Shown here: positions 15,949-25,711 of the stretch, one piece after another | How positions within the stretch are numbered: position 1 is the stretch's first letter | Layout of the letters: each line of letters opens with the position of its first letter | Source: an uncultured Candidatus Binatia bacterium | GTDB lineage: Bacteria; Desulfobacterota; Binatia; DP-6 | Direction: 5' to 3' | Assembly: GCA_964618895.1 (NCBI GenBank) | Contig: CAZUDO010000100.1 | Coordinates: forward strand, 1,044 to 65,043 | DNA length: 64,000 nucleotides | The notes under the pieces: generated by a model | What the model was told of the DNA's origin: nothing | The model's database searches: none | Seen by the model: only the letters and a program-made list of their open reading frames with translations | Made by a program: the position numbers and the translations under genes

Positions 15949-18900
15949 TTGCCCCCGACCCTACGCGACATCATCGTCGGCCGATTGTTCCTCGCACTCC
16001 TGCTCCCCGGGACGTTCCTCGCCGCGCCGGCGACGGTCGCCGCATCCGCGACCACCCGGCAGTGCACCACCACCTGCAAGGCGGCGCAGCGCACCTGCCA
16101 GCAGGTCACCAAGAGCCGTTTCGCCACCGTGCGCGCGTCGTGCACGGGCACGGCGGCGCAGCGGCGGGCCTGCAAGAAGGCGGGCAAGCAACGGCTCGCA
16201 CGCGAGCGGACGCAGTGCAAGAGCTTCCGGACGACGTGCACTACCTGCTGCCAGGGGAGCGGCGACGCGTGCGACCTGCAGTGCGGCAACTTCGTCGTCT
16301 CGAGCGACGAGCAGTGCGACGACGGCAACACGACGAACGCCGACGGCTGCGACGCCAACTGTACCCGCACCGCGTGCGGCAACGGCATCGTCGCGGGCAC
16401 CGAGGAGTGCGACGCCGGCGCGACGAACAGCGACACCGCCGCGAACGCCTGTCGCAGGGACTGCCGGCGTGCGCGCTGTGGCGACGGGGCGCTCGACACC
16501 GGCGAGGCGTGCGATCCCCCCGACGGATCGTCGTGCAGCGCGTCGTGCCAGCCCCTGTGCCAACCGACGGCCGAAGTGTGCGACGGGCGCGACAACGACT
16601 GCGACGGCGCGATCGACGAAGACCTGGGGACCACCGCCTGCGGAGTCAGCGATTGCCGGCGGACGGTGGCCACCTGCCAGGACGGCCGGCCGCAGGCGTG
16701 CACGCCGGGCGCACCCCGCCCCGAGCTGTGCGACGGCCGCGACAATGACTGCGACGGCCTGGTGGACGAGGGGCTCGGCGCCTTCTGTTTCGTGCCCGAT
16801 CGGGACGGCGATGGCCTGCCGAACGACTACGAGGAGGCCCGTCCCTGCCTCGACCCCGACGAGTTCGACTCGACCACGGACAACGACAGCGACGGGCTCG
16901 ACAGCCTGGACGAGTACGCGCGCGGCACCGAGCCGTGCGTGCGCGACACCGACGGCGACGGTCTCCCGGACGGCTTCGAGGTCGAGACCGCCGCCAACCC
17001 GCTCGACCCGAACGATCCCTGCGGTGCCCCGGCGCTGCGCATGATCGACTCCGACGGCGACGGACTCCCGGATTGCGAGGAGCCGGCCGCCGGCACCGAT
17101 CCCGGCCTCTTCGACAGCGACGACGACGGCCTCTGCGACGGCGAGGAGACCATCATCTACGGGACCGATCCCCTCGACCCCGACACGGACGACGACACCG
17201 TGTCCGACGGCGGCGAGACCCGCCACGGCACCGACCCGCGCGCCCAGGACACCGACGGCGACGGCCTGAACGACGGCGTCGAGCGCAGCCTGGACTTCGA
17301 CCCCCTCGACCCGAGCGACGGGCAGGCGGACATCGACGGCGACGGGCTCAGCAACGTCGACGAGGTTCGCGCCGCCACCGATCCGTACCGCGCCGACTCC
17401 GACCGCGACGGGCTCACCGACGGCGAAGAGGTCCACACCTACCGTACGCTGCCTACCAACCCGAACACCGACGGTCGCGGGCGAAACGACGGCGCCGAGG
17501 TTCTGCTGGACGGCACCAACCCGACCGACGGTCGCGACGACCTGCCGGTCGCCGTTCTCCCGCGCGCCATTCGCGATGGGGGGGGCTTCACCTGGGACGT
17601 GCTCACCGACGGGCGCATTCTCTCGTCGCTGCCCTCCGGCACGCAGCCGCTTTCGCCGCCGTTCTCGGGGGGTCTCGGCCTCCAGATCGACGGCGAGTCC
17701 TTCCCGTTCGTGACCGACGCGGTCACCGAACGCCTTCCCGGCGGGTCCGCCGACGGCGCCTTCATCCGCATCGGACCGGCGCGCCTGAGCGGGCTCCGCG
17801 TGAGCCGGCAGGTACTCGTGCCGCGCGCCGACGCCTTCGCACGCTACCTCGAGATCCTGGACAACCCCGGCCCCAGCCCCGTGACAGCCCGGGTGACCCT
17901 CGTGAGCGGGTTGAACGGAATCTTCACCAACAACCGCTTCCTCGTCCCTGGCATCGTGACCACCTCCGACGGCGACAGCACCCTGGATCGCACCGACGAC
18001 TTCGTCGTCACCTCGACCTCGCCCGGGGGCGCGTTCCTCCTGCCGGCCGTCGTCCACGCGCACTCGGGCCCGGCGGCCGCGCTCGAACCGAGCGCCGCCG
18101 AGCTCGCCGGGCGTTTCCGCGATCGGTTCTTCGCCGCCGCCTACGTCGTCGCCGAGTTCGAAGTCACGGTTCCGCCCGGCGGCCGCGCCATCGTGCTTCA
18201 TTTCGCCTCCCAACAGGACCCGCGGGCGGACGCCCTGCCCATCGCGCGCCGGCTCGTCGGGCTGACCGGCGCGACGCTCATGGGGCTCACCGCCGAGCAA
18301 CGGGCGCAGGTCGTCAACTTCCTCGCCAACGACGCCGACCACGACGGCCTGAGCGACCAGAGCGAGCTCGCGCGCGGGACAGGTCCCGACGACCCCGACA
18401 GCGACGACGACGGGCTCCCCGACGGCTTCGAAGTCACGCACGGCTTCGATCCGCTGCGTGGCGGCGATGCCGCCAGCGACCCGGACGGCGACGGCCTGGA
18501 CACGTCGCAGGAGCTCGCGCGCGGCACCGATCCGCGTCGTGCGGACACCGACGGCGACGGTCTCGACGACGGTACCGAGGCGCGGGCCGGTTCCAATCCA
18601 CGCAGCCGGGACGGCGACGGGGACGGCATCGACGATCCCGACGAGCTGGCGCGCGGCACCGATCCCACCCGGGCCGACAGCGACGGGGACGGCCTGTCCG
18701 ACGGCGACGAAGACACCACCGGCACCGACCCGCTGCGCCCGGACACGGACGGGGATGGCCTGTCCGACAGCGTCGAGGTCACGGCGCAACTCGATCCGCG
18801 CGACCCGTCGGACGCGACCGCGGACCCCGACCGGGACGGCCTGACCAGCGCCGACGAGATCGCCCGCCGCACCGACCCGTTCCACCCCGACAGCGACCGC

Positions 18901-21900
18901 GACGGGCTGACGGACGGCGAGGAGGTTCGCACCCACCGCACCAATCCCCGCATCGCCGACAGCGACAGCGGCGGTCGACTCGACGGCGAGGAGGTGCTGG
19001 TCGACCGCACCAACCCGACCGATCCCACCACCCCCGATCGGCCGTTCCTCAGCCCCCTGCTCGAATTTTTCGATGCCGACGACCGGGGCTGGTTCGTCGA
19101 CGGCGATGGCAGCGTCGCCTTCACGGAGGGCGGGACACTCGGGGGTGGCGGCGTCCTCGAAGTGAACGGCGAACGCTTCCCCCGCCGTCAGACCGCCATT
19201 GCCGAGCTGAGCGGCACCAGCTCGTTGTCCGGCGCCTTCATCGGCCCCGCCTTCATGAGCGGTGTACGCGTCAGCCGGCATCTCTTCCTGCCGGAAGAGG
19301 ACACGTTCCTGCGCTACCTGGAGGTCCTCGACAACCCCGGCACCGGCGACCGGGTTGTGACACTGACTATCCGCAACGGGGCCACGTTCCGCGGGCCGAT
19401 CACCGTGGTCGCCACCTCCTCGGGCGACGACCACCTCGACGCCGACGACGACTTCGTGGTCGCACACGATCTCTTCAACGGCCCGCAGGCCGTCATCGCG
19501 TACACCTTCTCCGGTCCCTTCGCGCCCGTCGAACCGACGGCCGCAGTGCTCGATCCGGCCGAGCCTGACGTGATCACCTACAGCTTCGACGTGACCGTCC
19601 CTGCCGGCCGGCGGGTGATCGTGCTCCACTTCGCCTCCCAACACCGCACCCGTGCGGCGGCCCTCGCCGGCGCAGCCCGCCTGCGCGCATTGCGCGGCCA
19701 GGCGCTCGCCAACCTCACCGCCCCCGAACGGGCCGACATCGTCAACTTCCTCCCCTTCCCCGACGGCGACGGCGACGGCCTGACCGATGTCGACGAAGCC
19801 GGGCGCGGGACCCGTCCCGACGATCCGGACACCGACGACGACGGCCTCGGCGATGGCTACGAGGTCGCCTACGGCTTCGACCCACGCCGCCCGGGCGACG
19901 GCACCGCCGATGCCGACGGCGATGGCCTCGACAACGCGAGCGAGCAGGCGGCGCGCACGGATCCGCGCCGCGCCGACACCGACCAGGACGGCCTGACCGA
20001 CGGCAACGAGGTACGCGTGCACCGCACCGATCCCCGGCGCGCGGACACCGACGGTGACGGCCTCGACGACGGCGACGAAGTCGGCACGACGGCGACCGAC
20101 CCGCTCCAGGTCGACAGCGACGGCGACGGCCTCGGTGACGGCGACGAGGTCGCACGCGGCTCCATCCCGACCCGTCCCGACAGCGACGACGATGGCATCC
20201 CGGACGGCCCGGACAACTGCAGCCGGGTCGCCAACCCGGACCAGGCGGATGCCGACGCCGATGGCGGCGGCGACGCCTGCCAGCCTGCGATCGCCATCCG
20301 GCACGTCGACCAGGGCAACGGCGCCACCATCGACGTCGACGCCGTCCTGACCGACCCGAACGGCGATGCCCTCCGCGGCACGGCCACGATCCGCAGCAGC
20401 ACCGCCATCACGCTGTCGTCGCTCACCGGGTACCGCGACGTCCTGGAGCCCGGCCGCTTCATCGAACGTCGCGGCGGCCGCGGCCTCCTGCGCAGTTCGG
20501 TCACCGGCGGGGCTGCCGATTTCTCCTTCGCCTGCGGCTCCTGTGACGCGCCGGACGAGGACTTCCAGGACGATTTCCGTCGCATCTGCGGCGGGAGCAA
20601 CTCGCAGCTGGAGGGCCGCGACGTGTGCGTTCGTTCGCGCGCCACCGAGGCGCTGTTCTCGCTCCACTTCCTGGCGTGGGCCTCGGGGGGCGGCGATCCC
20701 GCCGCATCGTACGTCCGGCTGACCCCGACGGCGGGGCCCGTGTCGTTCACCGGCACGATGCTGCCCGCCTCCCTCGACATCAGCGGCCTCGTGTCCGGTG
20801 CCACCCATCGCCTCGACCTCGACGTGACCGACGGGTCGAGTCTGCCCGTGCGCGCACAGGTCCCCTTCCGCCGCACCACCGAAACGGCGCTGCGTTTCGT
20901 CACCTTCCCCGACACCGACGGCGACGGCCTGGTCGATCCGGTCGAGACCGGCACCGGGGTGTTCGTCGATCGCGAGGACACCGGCACGCAACCGACCGTG
21001 CGCGACAGCGATGGTGATGGCCTCGACGACGGCGAGGAGCTGCGCCTGCGCTCCGACCCCACCCGGAGCGACACCGACGGCGACGGCATCGACGACGGGC
21101 GCGAGGCGGAGCTGCTGCGTTGCCTCGCCTTCCTGCGTGCGGGTAACCTGCGCGGTGCCGCGTCGCGCTGCGCGGCAGCCGCCGTCGACGCCGACAACCC
21201 GGAAGCGAACTTGCTTGCCGCCCTCACCGGACTGGCCGTCGGCGCGCTCGAAGCTCCCAACCTCATCCCGCTCCTGGACGCCGTCGGCGTGCGCGCCGTC
21301 GGGTCACTCGCCGCCATCTGCGCCCTCCGGCCGACGCGTCCCGGCGCCCTGCCCGCGGGCATACGCACGGGCCCCGCGCAGGACGCGGTCCGGGCCGACG
21401 TCCTGCCGCTCGTCGACGCCGCGTTGACGCACCTGAACCGCATCCCGCCGGGTGCGGTGATGCACGTGGCGCTCGACGATCTGCCGCCGTGCGTCCGCCT
21501 TGCCGGCATGGCGCCGGTCGAGATCGACGCCGCCGACGTGTCCGCCCTGGGCGCGGCGCTTCAGGCCGCAGCGGCCGCGGCACAGCTCGCCGCGGCATAC
21601 CGCGTCGACGTGGACCTGGCGGATATCGTCAGCCGCCGGCGCACGCCGCGCGAGGTGTTCAGCGGCAACCCGAGCCTGCTGACGCTTCTCCCCGGCGGGA
21701 CCACGGAGCTGAGCCAGGCACGCCTCCGGCTCGCCGCCGCTCTGCGTGCCCTCCTGGCCGCGATCGACGGCATCGCCGCCGAGACCGACGACCAGCAGAA
21801 CGACCTGCTCGTCATCGCAGCCGCCGACCGGTCCGCGGTGGCGACGCTCCGCCTCGCCGCCGACAACCTGCTGCGCGCGCTCAACGGGCAGGGGCTGTTC

Positions 21901-22119
21901 CGTGCCCGCGCCTTCGACCTGCTCGCCGATCAACGCCTGGCGCTGGCCGACCTGTTCGAGGGCCGCGTCGCCAGCCTGCGGCCGTTCGTGCCCGCCTTCG
22001 ACGCGGCCGGCAACATCGACCGGACGCGGTTCCCCGATCCGCACTTCGGCGGGCTCCTGCCCGACATGACCCACGGCGAGCTGTCACGCCTAGTGAGCGG
22101 ACGATGCCGGCTCTTCTAG
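15949..22119 (+). CDS. Giant secreted TSP3 (calcium-binding aspartate repeat) protein with N-terminal Cys-rich repeats and a duplicated internal module
   Basis: TTG start 6 nt after AGGAGG. Signal peptide LRDIIVGRLFLALLLPGTFLAAPATVAASA. More than 30 DxDxDGxxDxxE repeats. Two homologous modules of roughly 400 aa, each ending in a VLHFASQ...IARRLVGL-type segment (see the 17530..20230 repeat feature). Helical C-terminus. Confidence 0.75.
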   Translation: MPPTLRDIIVGRLFLALLLPGTFLAAPATVAASATTRQCTTTCKAAQRTCQQVTKSRFATVRASCTGTAAQRRACKKAGKQRLARERTQCKSFRTTCTTCCQGSGDACDLQCGNFVVSSDEQCDDGNTTNADGCDANCTRTACGNGIVAGTEECDAGATNSDTAANACRRDCRRARCGDGALDTGEACDPPDGSSCSASCQPLCQPTAEVCDGRDNDCDGAIDEDLGTTACGVSDCRRTVATCQDGRPQACTPGAPRPELCDGRDNDCDGLVDEGLGAFCFVPDRDGDGLPNDYEEARPCLDPDEFDSTTDNDSDGLDSLDEYARGTEPCVRDTDGDGLPDGFEVETAANPLDPNDPCGAPALRMIDSDGDGLPDCEEPAAGTDPGLFDSDDDGLCDGEETIIYGTDPLDPDTDDDTVSDGGETRHGTDPRAQDTDGDGLNDGVERSLDFDPLDPSDGQADIDGDGLSNVDEVRAATDPYRADSDRDGLTDGEEVHTYRTLPTNPNTDGRGRNDGAEVLLDGTNPTDGRDDLPVAVLPRAIRDGGGFTWDVLTDGRILSSLPSGTQPLSPPFSGGLGLQIDGESFPFVTDAVTERLPGGSADGAFIRIGPARLSGLRVSRQVLVPRADAFARYLEILDNPGPSPVTARVTLVSGLNGIFTNNRFLVPGIVTTSDGDSTLDRTDDFVVTSTSPGGAFLLPAVVHAHSGPAAALEPSAAELAGRFRDRFFAAAYVVAEFEVTVPPGGRAIVLHFASQQDPRADALPIARRLVGLTGATLMGLTAEQRAQVVNFLANDADHDGLSDQSELARGTGPDDPDSDDDGLPDGFEVTHGFDPLRGGDAASDPDGDGLDTSQELARGTDPRRADTDGDGLDDGTEARAGSNPRSRDGDGDGIDDPDELARGTDPTRADSDGDGLSDGDEDTTGTDPLRPDTDGDGLSDSVEVTAQLDPRDPSDATADPDRDGLTSADEIARRTDPFHPDSDRDGLTDGEEVRTHRTNPRIADSDSGGRLDGEEVLVDRTNPTDPTTPDRPFLSPLLEFFDADDRGWFVDGDGSVAFTEGGTLGGGGVLEVNGERFPRRQTAIAELSGTSSLSGAFIGPAFMSGVRVSRHLFLPEEDTFLRYLEVLDNPGTGDRVVTLTIRNGATFRGPITVVATSSGDDHLDADDDFVVAHDLFNGPQAVIAYTFSGPFAPVEPTAAVLDPAEPDVITYSFDVTVPAGRRVIVLHFASQHRTRAAALAGAARLRALRGQALANLTAPERADIVNFLPFPDGDGDGLTDVDEAGRGTRPDDPDTDDDGLGDGYEVAYGFDPRRPGDGTADADGDGLDNASEQAARTDPRRADTDQDGLTDGNEVRVHRTDPRRADTDGDGLDDGDEVGTTATDPLQVDSDGDGLGDGDEVARGSIPTRPDSDDDGIPDGPDNCSRVANPDQADADADGGGDACQPAIAIRHVDQGNGATIDVDAVLTDPNGDALRGTATIRSSTAITLSSLTGYRDVLEPGRFIERRGGRGLLRSSVTGGAADFSFACGSCDAPDEDFQDDFRRICGGSNSQLEGRDVCVRSRATEALFSLHFLAWASGGGDPAASYVRLTPTAGPVSFTGTMLPASLDISGLVSGATHRLDLDVTDGSSLPVRAQVPFRRTTETALRFVTFPDTDGDGLVDPVETGTGVFVDREDTGTQPTVRDSDGDGLDDGEELRLRSDPTRSDTDGDGIDDGREAELLRCLAFLRAGNLRGAASRCAAAAVDADNPEANLLAALTGLAVGALEAPNLIPLLDAVGVRAVGSLAAICALRPTRPGALPAGIRTGPAQDAVRADVLPLVDAALTHLNRIPPGAVMHVALDDLPPCVRLAGMAPVEIDAADVSALGAALQAAAAAAQLAAAYRVDVDLADIVSRRRTPREVFSGNPSLLTLLPGGTTELSQARLRLAAALRALLAAIDGIAAETDDQQNDLLVIAAADRSAVATLRLAADNLLRALNGQGLFRARAFDLLADQRLALADLFEGRVASLRPFVPAFDAAGNIDRTRFPDPHFGGLLPDMTHGELSRLVSGRCRLF
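17530..20230 (+). repeat. Intragenic tandem duplication (two units of about 1.2-1.5 kb) inside the giant TSP3 protein gene
   Basis: Protein segments GGGFTWDVL...VLHFASQQDPRADALPIARRLVGL...LTAEQRAQVVNFL and DRGWFVDGDG...VLHFASQHRTRAAALAGAARLRAL...LTAPERADIVNFL are colinear. The flanking TSP3 stretches are also colinear. Confidence 0.5.
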
Positions 22120-22808
22120 CAGGCCGCCGTCGCCCGATCGCACGCGGGGCTCTGTTGACCGCGATCGTCGTGCTGCTCGGCGTACTCGTCGTCTTGCCCG
22201 CATGGCGCCGCCCGCACCGCACGGCCGGGCCAGACGTGACCGACCTCCACGAGGGCTGGACGCTGCGCGGGGTCCGTCACACCCGCTGGCAGGGGACGAC
22301 CCCGGGGCTCGCCGTCTCCGCCCGCGAGGTCCACGTCGAGCGCAGCCGGGTCGGGCCGTTCCGCGTCGGGTTCGCCCGCGCCGTGGTGGCAGAGGACGTC
22401 CACATCGACCTGGAGACCACGACCGCACCGCGCCGGCCCTCGTCCGCACCGGGACAGCGCGCCGTGCACGGGTCGCTGCCCGCCGCCGTCACCTCCATGC
22501 GAGTGCACGGCCTGCACCTCCGCCTGCAGGGGCACGGCACCGATCGGCTCGAGCTGCACGCCGGGCGCTGCGAGGCGACGCTGCTCGGGGCCGGACGGAT
22601 CGTCTGCGACCGGACGGTGCGCCTCCGGGGGCCGGGGTTCGCCCACGCCGTCGACGCGCTCGCCTACGACCCGACCGGACGCCGGTTCGCCGCCACCCGC
22701 GGGACGACGGCCGACGACGCCGCGCTGGACGCGGCAAACGCCGTCCTCGCCCGGATGAAGGCGCCCGACCTCGACGCCCTGCGAACGGGCCTCGCGCCGC
22801 TGCTGTGA
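22104..22808 (+). CDS. Hypothetical membrane-anchored protein; start overlaps the giant gene stop by 16 nt
   Basis: MPALLAGRRRPIARGALLTAIVVLLGVLVVLPAW is an N-terminal TM helix. In-frame ATG at 22104. The rest of the protein is moderately Arg-rich. Confidence 0.45.
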   Translation: MPALLAGRRRPIARGALLTAIVVLLGVLVVLPAWRRPHRTAGPDVTDLHEGWTLRGVRHTRWQGTTPGLAVSAREVHVERSRVGPFRVGFARAVVAEDVHIDLETTTAPRRPSSAPGQRAVHGSLPAAVTSMRVHGLHLRLQGHGTDRLELHAGRCEATLLGAGRIVCDRTVRLRGPGFAHAVDALAYDPTGRRFAATRGTTADDAALDAANAVLARMKAPDLDALRTGLAPLL

Positions 22809-22827
22809 CGCCGGGCGGCGCCCGGCG

Positions 22828-23211
22828 TCAGGCCGCTACGCCGATCAGCCGTTCGAGCTTCTGGCGCACCAGGTCGGGGTCCACCACCGGCTTGGCCAGA
22901 TAGTCGTCGCAGCCGATCGCCAGCGCCTTCTGCTCGTCGCCAGCCATGGCCTGGGCGGTAAGGGCGATGATGCGGATACTGTCCCCGCCCTCCATCTGCC
23001 GGATGGCCTTGGTGCACTCCCAGCCGTCCATGACCGGCATCTTCAGGTCCATGAAGATGAGGTCGGGCCGGTCGGCCTTGACGGCCTCGAGCGCCTGCTG
23101 TCCGTTGGCCGCATCGCGGATGTCGAACTGGCCGATCTTCCGCAAGCGGTAGATGAGAATGCGGCGGTTGTCTTCGTTGTCCTCGACCACCAGGATCTTC
23201 TTCATCGGCAT
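22828..23211 (-). CDS. Single-domain response regulator (CheY-like receiver)
   Basis: MKKILVVEDNEDNRRILIYRL...DLIFMDLKMPVMDG...LTAQAMAGDEQKALAIGCDDYLAKP. Confidence 0.85.
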   Translation of the reverse strand: MPMKKILVVEDNEDNRRILIYRLRKIGQFDIRDAANGQQALEAVKADRPDLIFMDLKMPVMDGWECTKAIRQMEGGDSIRIIALTAQAMAGDEQKALAIGCDDYLAKPVVDPDLVRQKLERLIGVAA

Positions 23212-23230
23212 GACATTCCCCCTCTTCCGC

Positions 23231-23596
23231 TCAGGACAGTGGCCCTTCGATCGTGAGCACGTCGCCGGGTGCCGCGGGCGTCTCGGCCAGAGTGCCGGCA
23301 GGCAGCTCGAGCACGCTCGTCGCCCCCCACACGTACGGCGACACGCGATTGCGTTCGAACTCCTCCACGGTGCGCAACACCCGCCCCTCGCCGTCCAGGA
23401 ACACCAGGTCGAGGGCGTAGTGCATGAAGAACGAGTGCACCTGCTTGCACGGCCGGATCAAGAGCCCGTGACGGCGCGGCAGCTCGCGGGTGCCCAGCAG
23501 CCCCCGCAGCCGGGCGCGCACCGAGTCTGCGATCGCGACCCGGTCTCCCAGGACCGTGCCGCGGCTCGCGTTGCGTGCCACGCAGTCGCCCGTCAT
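23231..23596 (-). CDS. DUF192 family protein
   Basis: RHGLLIRPCKQVHSFFMHYALDLVFLDGEGRVL...SVLELPAG matches the DUF192 (COG1430) pattern. Confidence 0.7.
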   Translation of the reverse strand: MTGDCVARNASRGTVLGDRVAIADSVRARLRGLLGTRELPRRHGLLIRPCKQVHSFFMHYALDLVFLDGEGRVLRTVEEFERNRVSPYVWGATSVLELPAGTLAETPAAPGDVLTIEGPLS

Positions 23597-23708
23597 GCTC
23601 GTTCTCGTCGTCAGTATGGAGAGCGGACGCGCGGGTCACAAGCCGCAGCGCATCCGCCAGGGTGTCAAGACGTTGACTTGCGAGGGACCTTCCGCTTTCC
23701 TCCGCCGG

Positions 23709-25130
23709 ATGTCGGTCCGAACGCGCTTTCCGCCGAGCCCGACGGGCTACCTCCACATCGGCGGCGCCCGCACCGCCCTGTTCAACTGGCTCTTCGCCCG
23801 GCACCACGGGGGCACGCTGGTCCTCCGCATCGAAGACACCGACCGCGAGCGCTCCACATCGGAGTCGGTCCAGGCCATCCTGGACAGCCTCACCTGGCTC
23901 GGTCTCGACTGGGACGAGGGACCGCACTTCCAGAGCGCCCGCTACGACCTCTACCGCGCCCGTGCCGAGGCCCTGCTGGCGGCCGGACACCTGTATCGTT
24001 GCTACTGCACGACCGACGAGCTGGACGCCAAGCGCAAGACGGCCCTCGCCGCCGGACGCCGGCCGGCCTACGACCGCACCTGCCGCGACCGGAGCGGCCC
24101 CGCTCCCGACCGGCCCTTCGTGCTGCGCTTCCGCACGCCGCTCGCCGGCGAGACCGTGATCGACGACCAGGTGAAGGGCCCGGTGGTCTTCCAGCATGCC
24201 GATCTCGACGATTTCGTGGTTCTGCGGTCCGATGCCACCCCGGTGTACAACTTCTGCGTCGTGGTCGACGACGTCGACATGACCATCACCCACGTCATCC
24301 GCGGCGACGATCACTTGGCCAACACGCCGCGCCAGGTGCTCCTGTACCGGGCCTTCGGCGCGTCCCTGCCCGTGTTCGCGCACGTCCCGCTCATCCTCGG
24401 GCTGGACAAGACCCGGCTCTCGAAGCGCCACGGCGCCACCTCGGTCATGGCGTACCAGGATCTCGGCTACCTGCCACATGCGCTCGTCAACTACCTCGCC
24501 CGCCTCGGCTGGTCGCACGGCGACCAGGAGCTGTTCACCCGCGACCAGCTGATCACCCATTTCTCCCTCGACAATGTCGGCAAGGCGGCCGGGATCTTCA
24601 ATCCCGAGAAGCTCGAATGGGTGAATTTCCAGTACCTGAAAACCACCCCCGTCGACGAGCTGACGCGCTTGCTGATCCCCTTTCTCGAGCGTGCCGGCCT
24701 GCCCATCCCCGCCGACCGGGCCTGGCTGGCGCGCGCCGTCGGCACGCTACGCGAGCGCGCCAAGACGCTCGTCGAGCTGGCCGAGTTCTGCCGCTTCTAT
24801 CTCGTCGATCCGATCGTCCCGGACGAGCAGGCCGCAGCCAAGCACCTGACGCCGGCCATCGCCCCGGCGCTCACCGACCTGGTGGCGGCGCTCGGTGCCC
24901 TCGACGCCTGGAACCCCGGAGCCATCGAGAGCGCCTTCCAGCAGGTCATCGCGCCACGCGATTTGAAGCTCGGCGCGCTCGCGCAACCGGTGCGCGTCGC
25001 CGTCACCGGGGGCACGGTGAGCCCCGGGATATTCGCGGTGCTCGACGTGCTCGGTCGCGCGCGCACCCTCGCGCGCCTGCACGTCGTGCAGGAACGCCTG
25101 GCGACGGCGTCCACCGCCGCGCAATCTTGA
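23709..25130 (+). CDS. gltX: Glutamyl-tRNA synthetase
   Basis: RFPPSPTGYLHIGGARTALFNWLFARHHGGTLVLRIEDTDRERS (HIGH region), KLSKR (KMSKS-like). 473 aa from ATG at 23709. Confidence 0.9.
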   Translation: MSVRTRFPPSPTGYLHIGGARTALFNWLFARHHGGTLVLRIEDTDRERSTSESVQAILDSLTWLGLDWDEGPHFQSARYDLYRARAEALLAAGHLYRCYCTTDELDAKRKTALAAGRRPAYDRTCRDRSGPAPDRPFVLRFRTPLAGETVIDDQVKGPVVFQHADLDDFVVLRSDATPVYNFCVVVDDVDMTITHVIRGDDHLANTPRQVLLYRAFGASLPVFAHVPLILGLDKTRLSKRHGATSVMAYQDLGYLPHALVNYLARLGWSHGDQELFTRDQLITHFSLDNVGKAAGIFNPEKLEWVNFQYLKTTPVDELTRLLIPFLERAGLPIPADRAWLARAVGTLRERAKTLVELAEFCRFYLVDPIVPDEQAAAKHLTPAIAPALTDLVAALGALDAWNPGAIESAFQQVIAPRDLKLGALAQPVRVAVTGGTVSPGIFAVLDVLGRARTLARLHVVQERLATASTAAQS

Positions 25131-25166
25131 CTCGTTACACCCCTTCGTTTAGCGTCCCGCGTCTCT

Positions 25167-25239
25167 TGAGGAGTCGGCTAATTGGTAAGCCACCTGACTC
25201 TGGATCAGGGCATTGGAGGTTCGAGTCCTCCCTCCTCAG
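25167..25239 (+). tRNA. tRNA-Gln (anticodon CUG)
   Basis: Manual fold: acceptor TGAGGAG/CTCCTCA (U1:A72), D arm GGCT-AATTGGTA-AGCC, anticodon arm CCTGA-CTCTGGA-TCAGG, T arm GGAGG-TTCGAGT-CCTCC, discriminator G. Confidence 0.85.
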
Positions 25240-25249
25240 CCTCGCACAG

Positions 25250-25321
25250 GGTCCCATCGTCTAGCGGCTAGGACGCCGGCCTCTCACGTCGGTAACGGGG
25301 GTTCGATTCCCCCTGGGACCA
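25250..25321 (+). tRNA. tRNA-Glu (anticodon CUC)
   Basis: Manual fold: acceptor GGTCCCA/TGGGACC, anticodon arm CCGGC-CTCTCAC-GTCGG, T arm GGGGG-TTCGATT-CCCCC, discriminator A. Confidence 0.85.
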
Positions 25322-25711
25322 TTCTCCCGTCGCGTTCCACGATCGACGACGCACCGCGCGGCATTCACGAACGCCGACACGCCCTTGGCGGAGCGACAAT
25401 TACTTGACAGGGTGGGGTGCAGCCGATACCCTCGCCTTGTCTGGTGCCTTGGGGTGATCCGGTAACGGTTTGCGTCGTGAGGCCACCGACACGGTGGTTG
25501 GGGGGGGAAGTGGTGCTGCGGACAGGAGCCACACCAGCGCGAGACGGTCGTGTGGGCACCCCGGGCGACGCGGCTGCGCTTCATGTCCCTGTTCCGGTCC
25601 GGCGCATGCTCGGCACGGTGCTTGCGACGACGCAGAGCGTGATGACGCCCCAGGGCCCCTGGATCGCACGTGCCGGCCCACATCACGACTACTAGCGAGA
25701 GGAGCTAGCCC

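Noticed and set aside
15961-20991. 1676-aa minus-strand ORF and many other long Arg/Gly/Ala-rich ORFs (for example 16935..19568, 23153..25264, 56811..60059, 61647..63815, 5309..5860, 7385..8182, 47568..49316)
   Set aside because: They overlap well-supported genes on the other strand or in another frame. Their amino-acid composition (R/A/G/P-rich, few K/I/F/Y) is typical of out-of-frame or antisense translation in 70% GC DNA. No motifs.
25330-25711. Sigma-54 (-24/-12) promoter upstream of prkA
   Set aside because: No TGGCAC-N5-TTGC match was found by eye, only weak partial matches. Not claimed.
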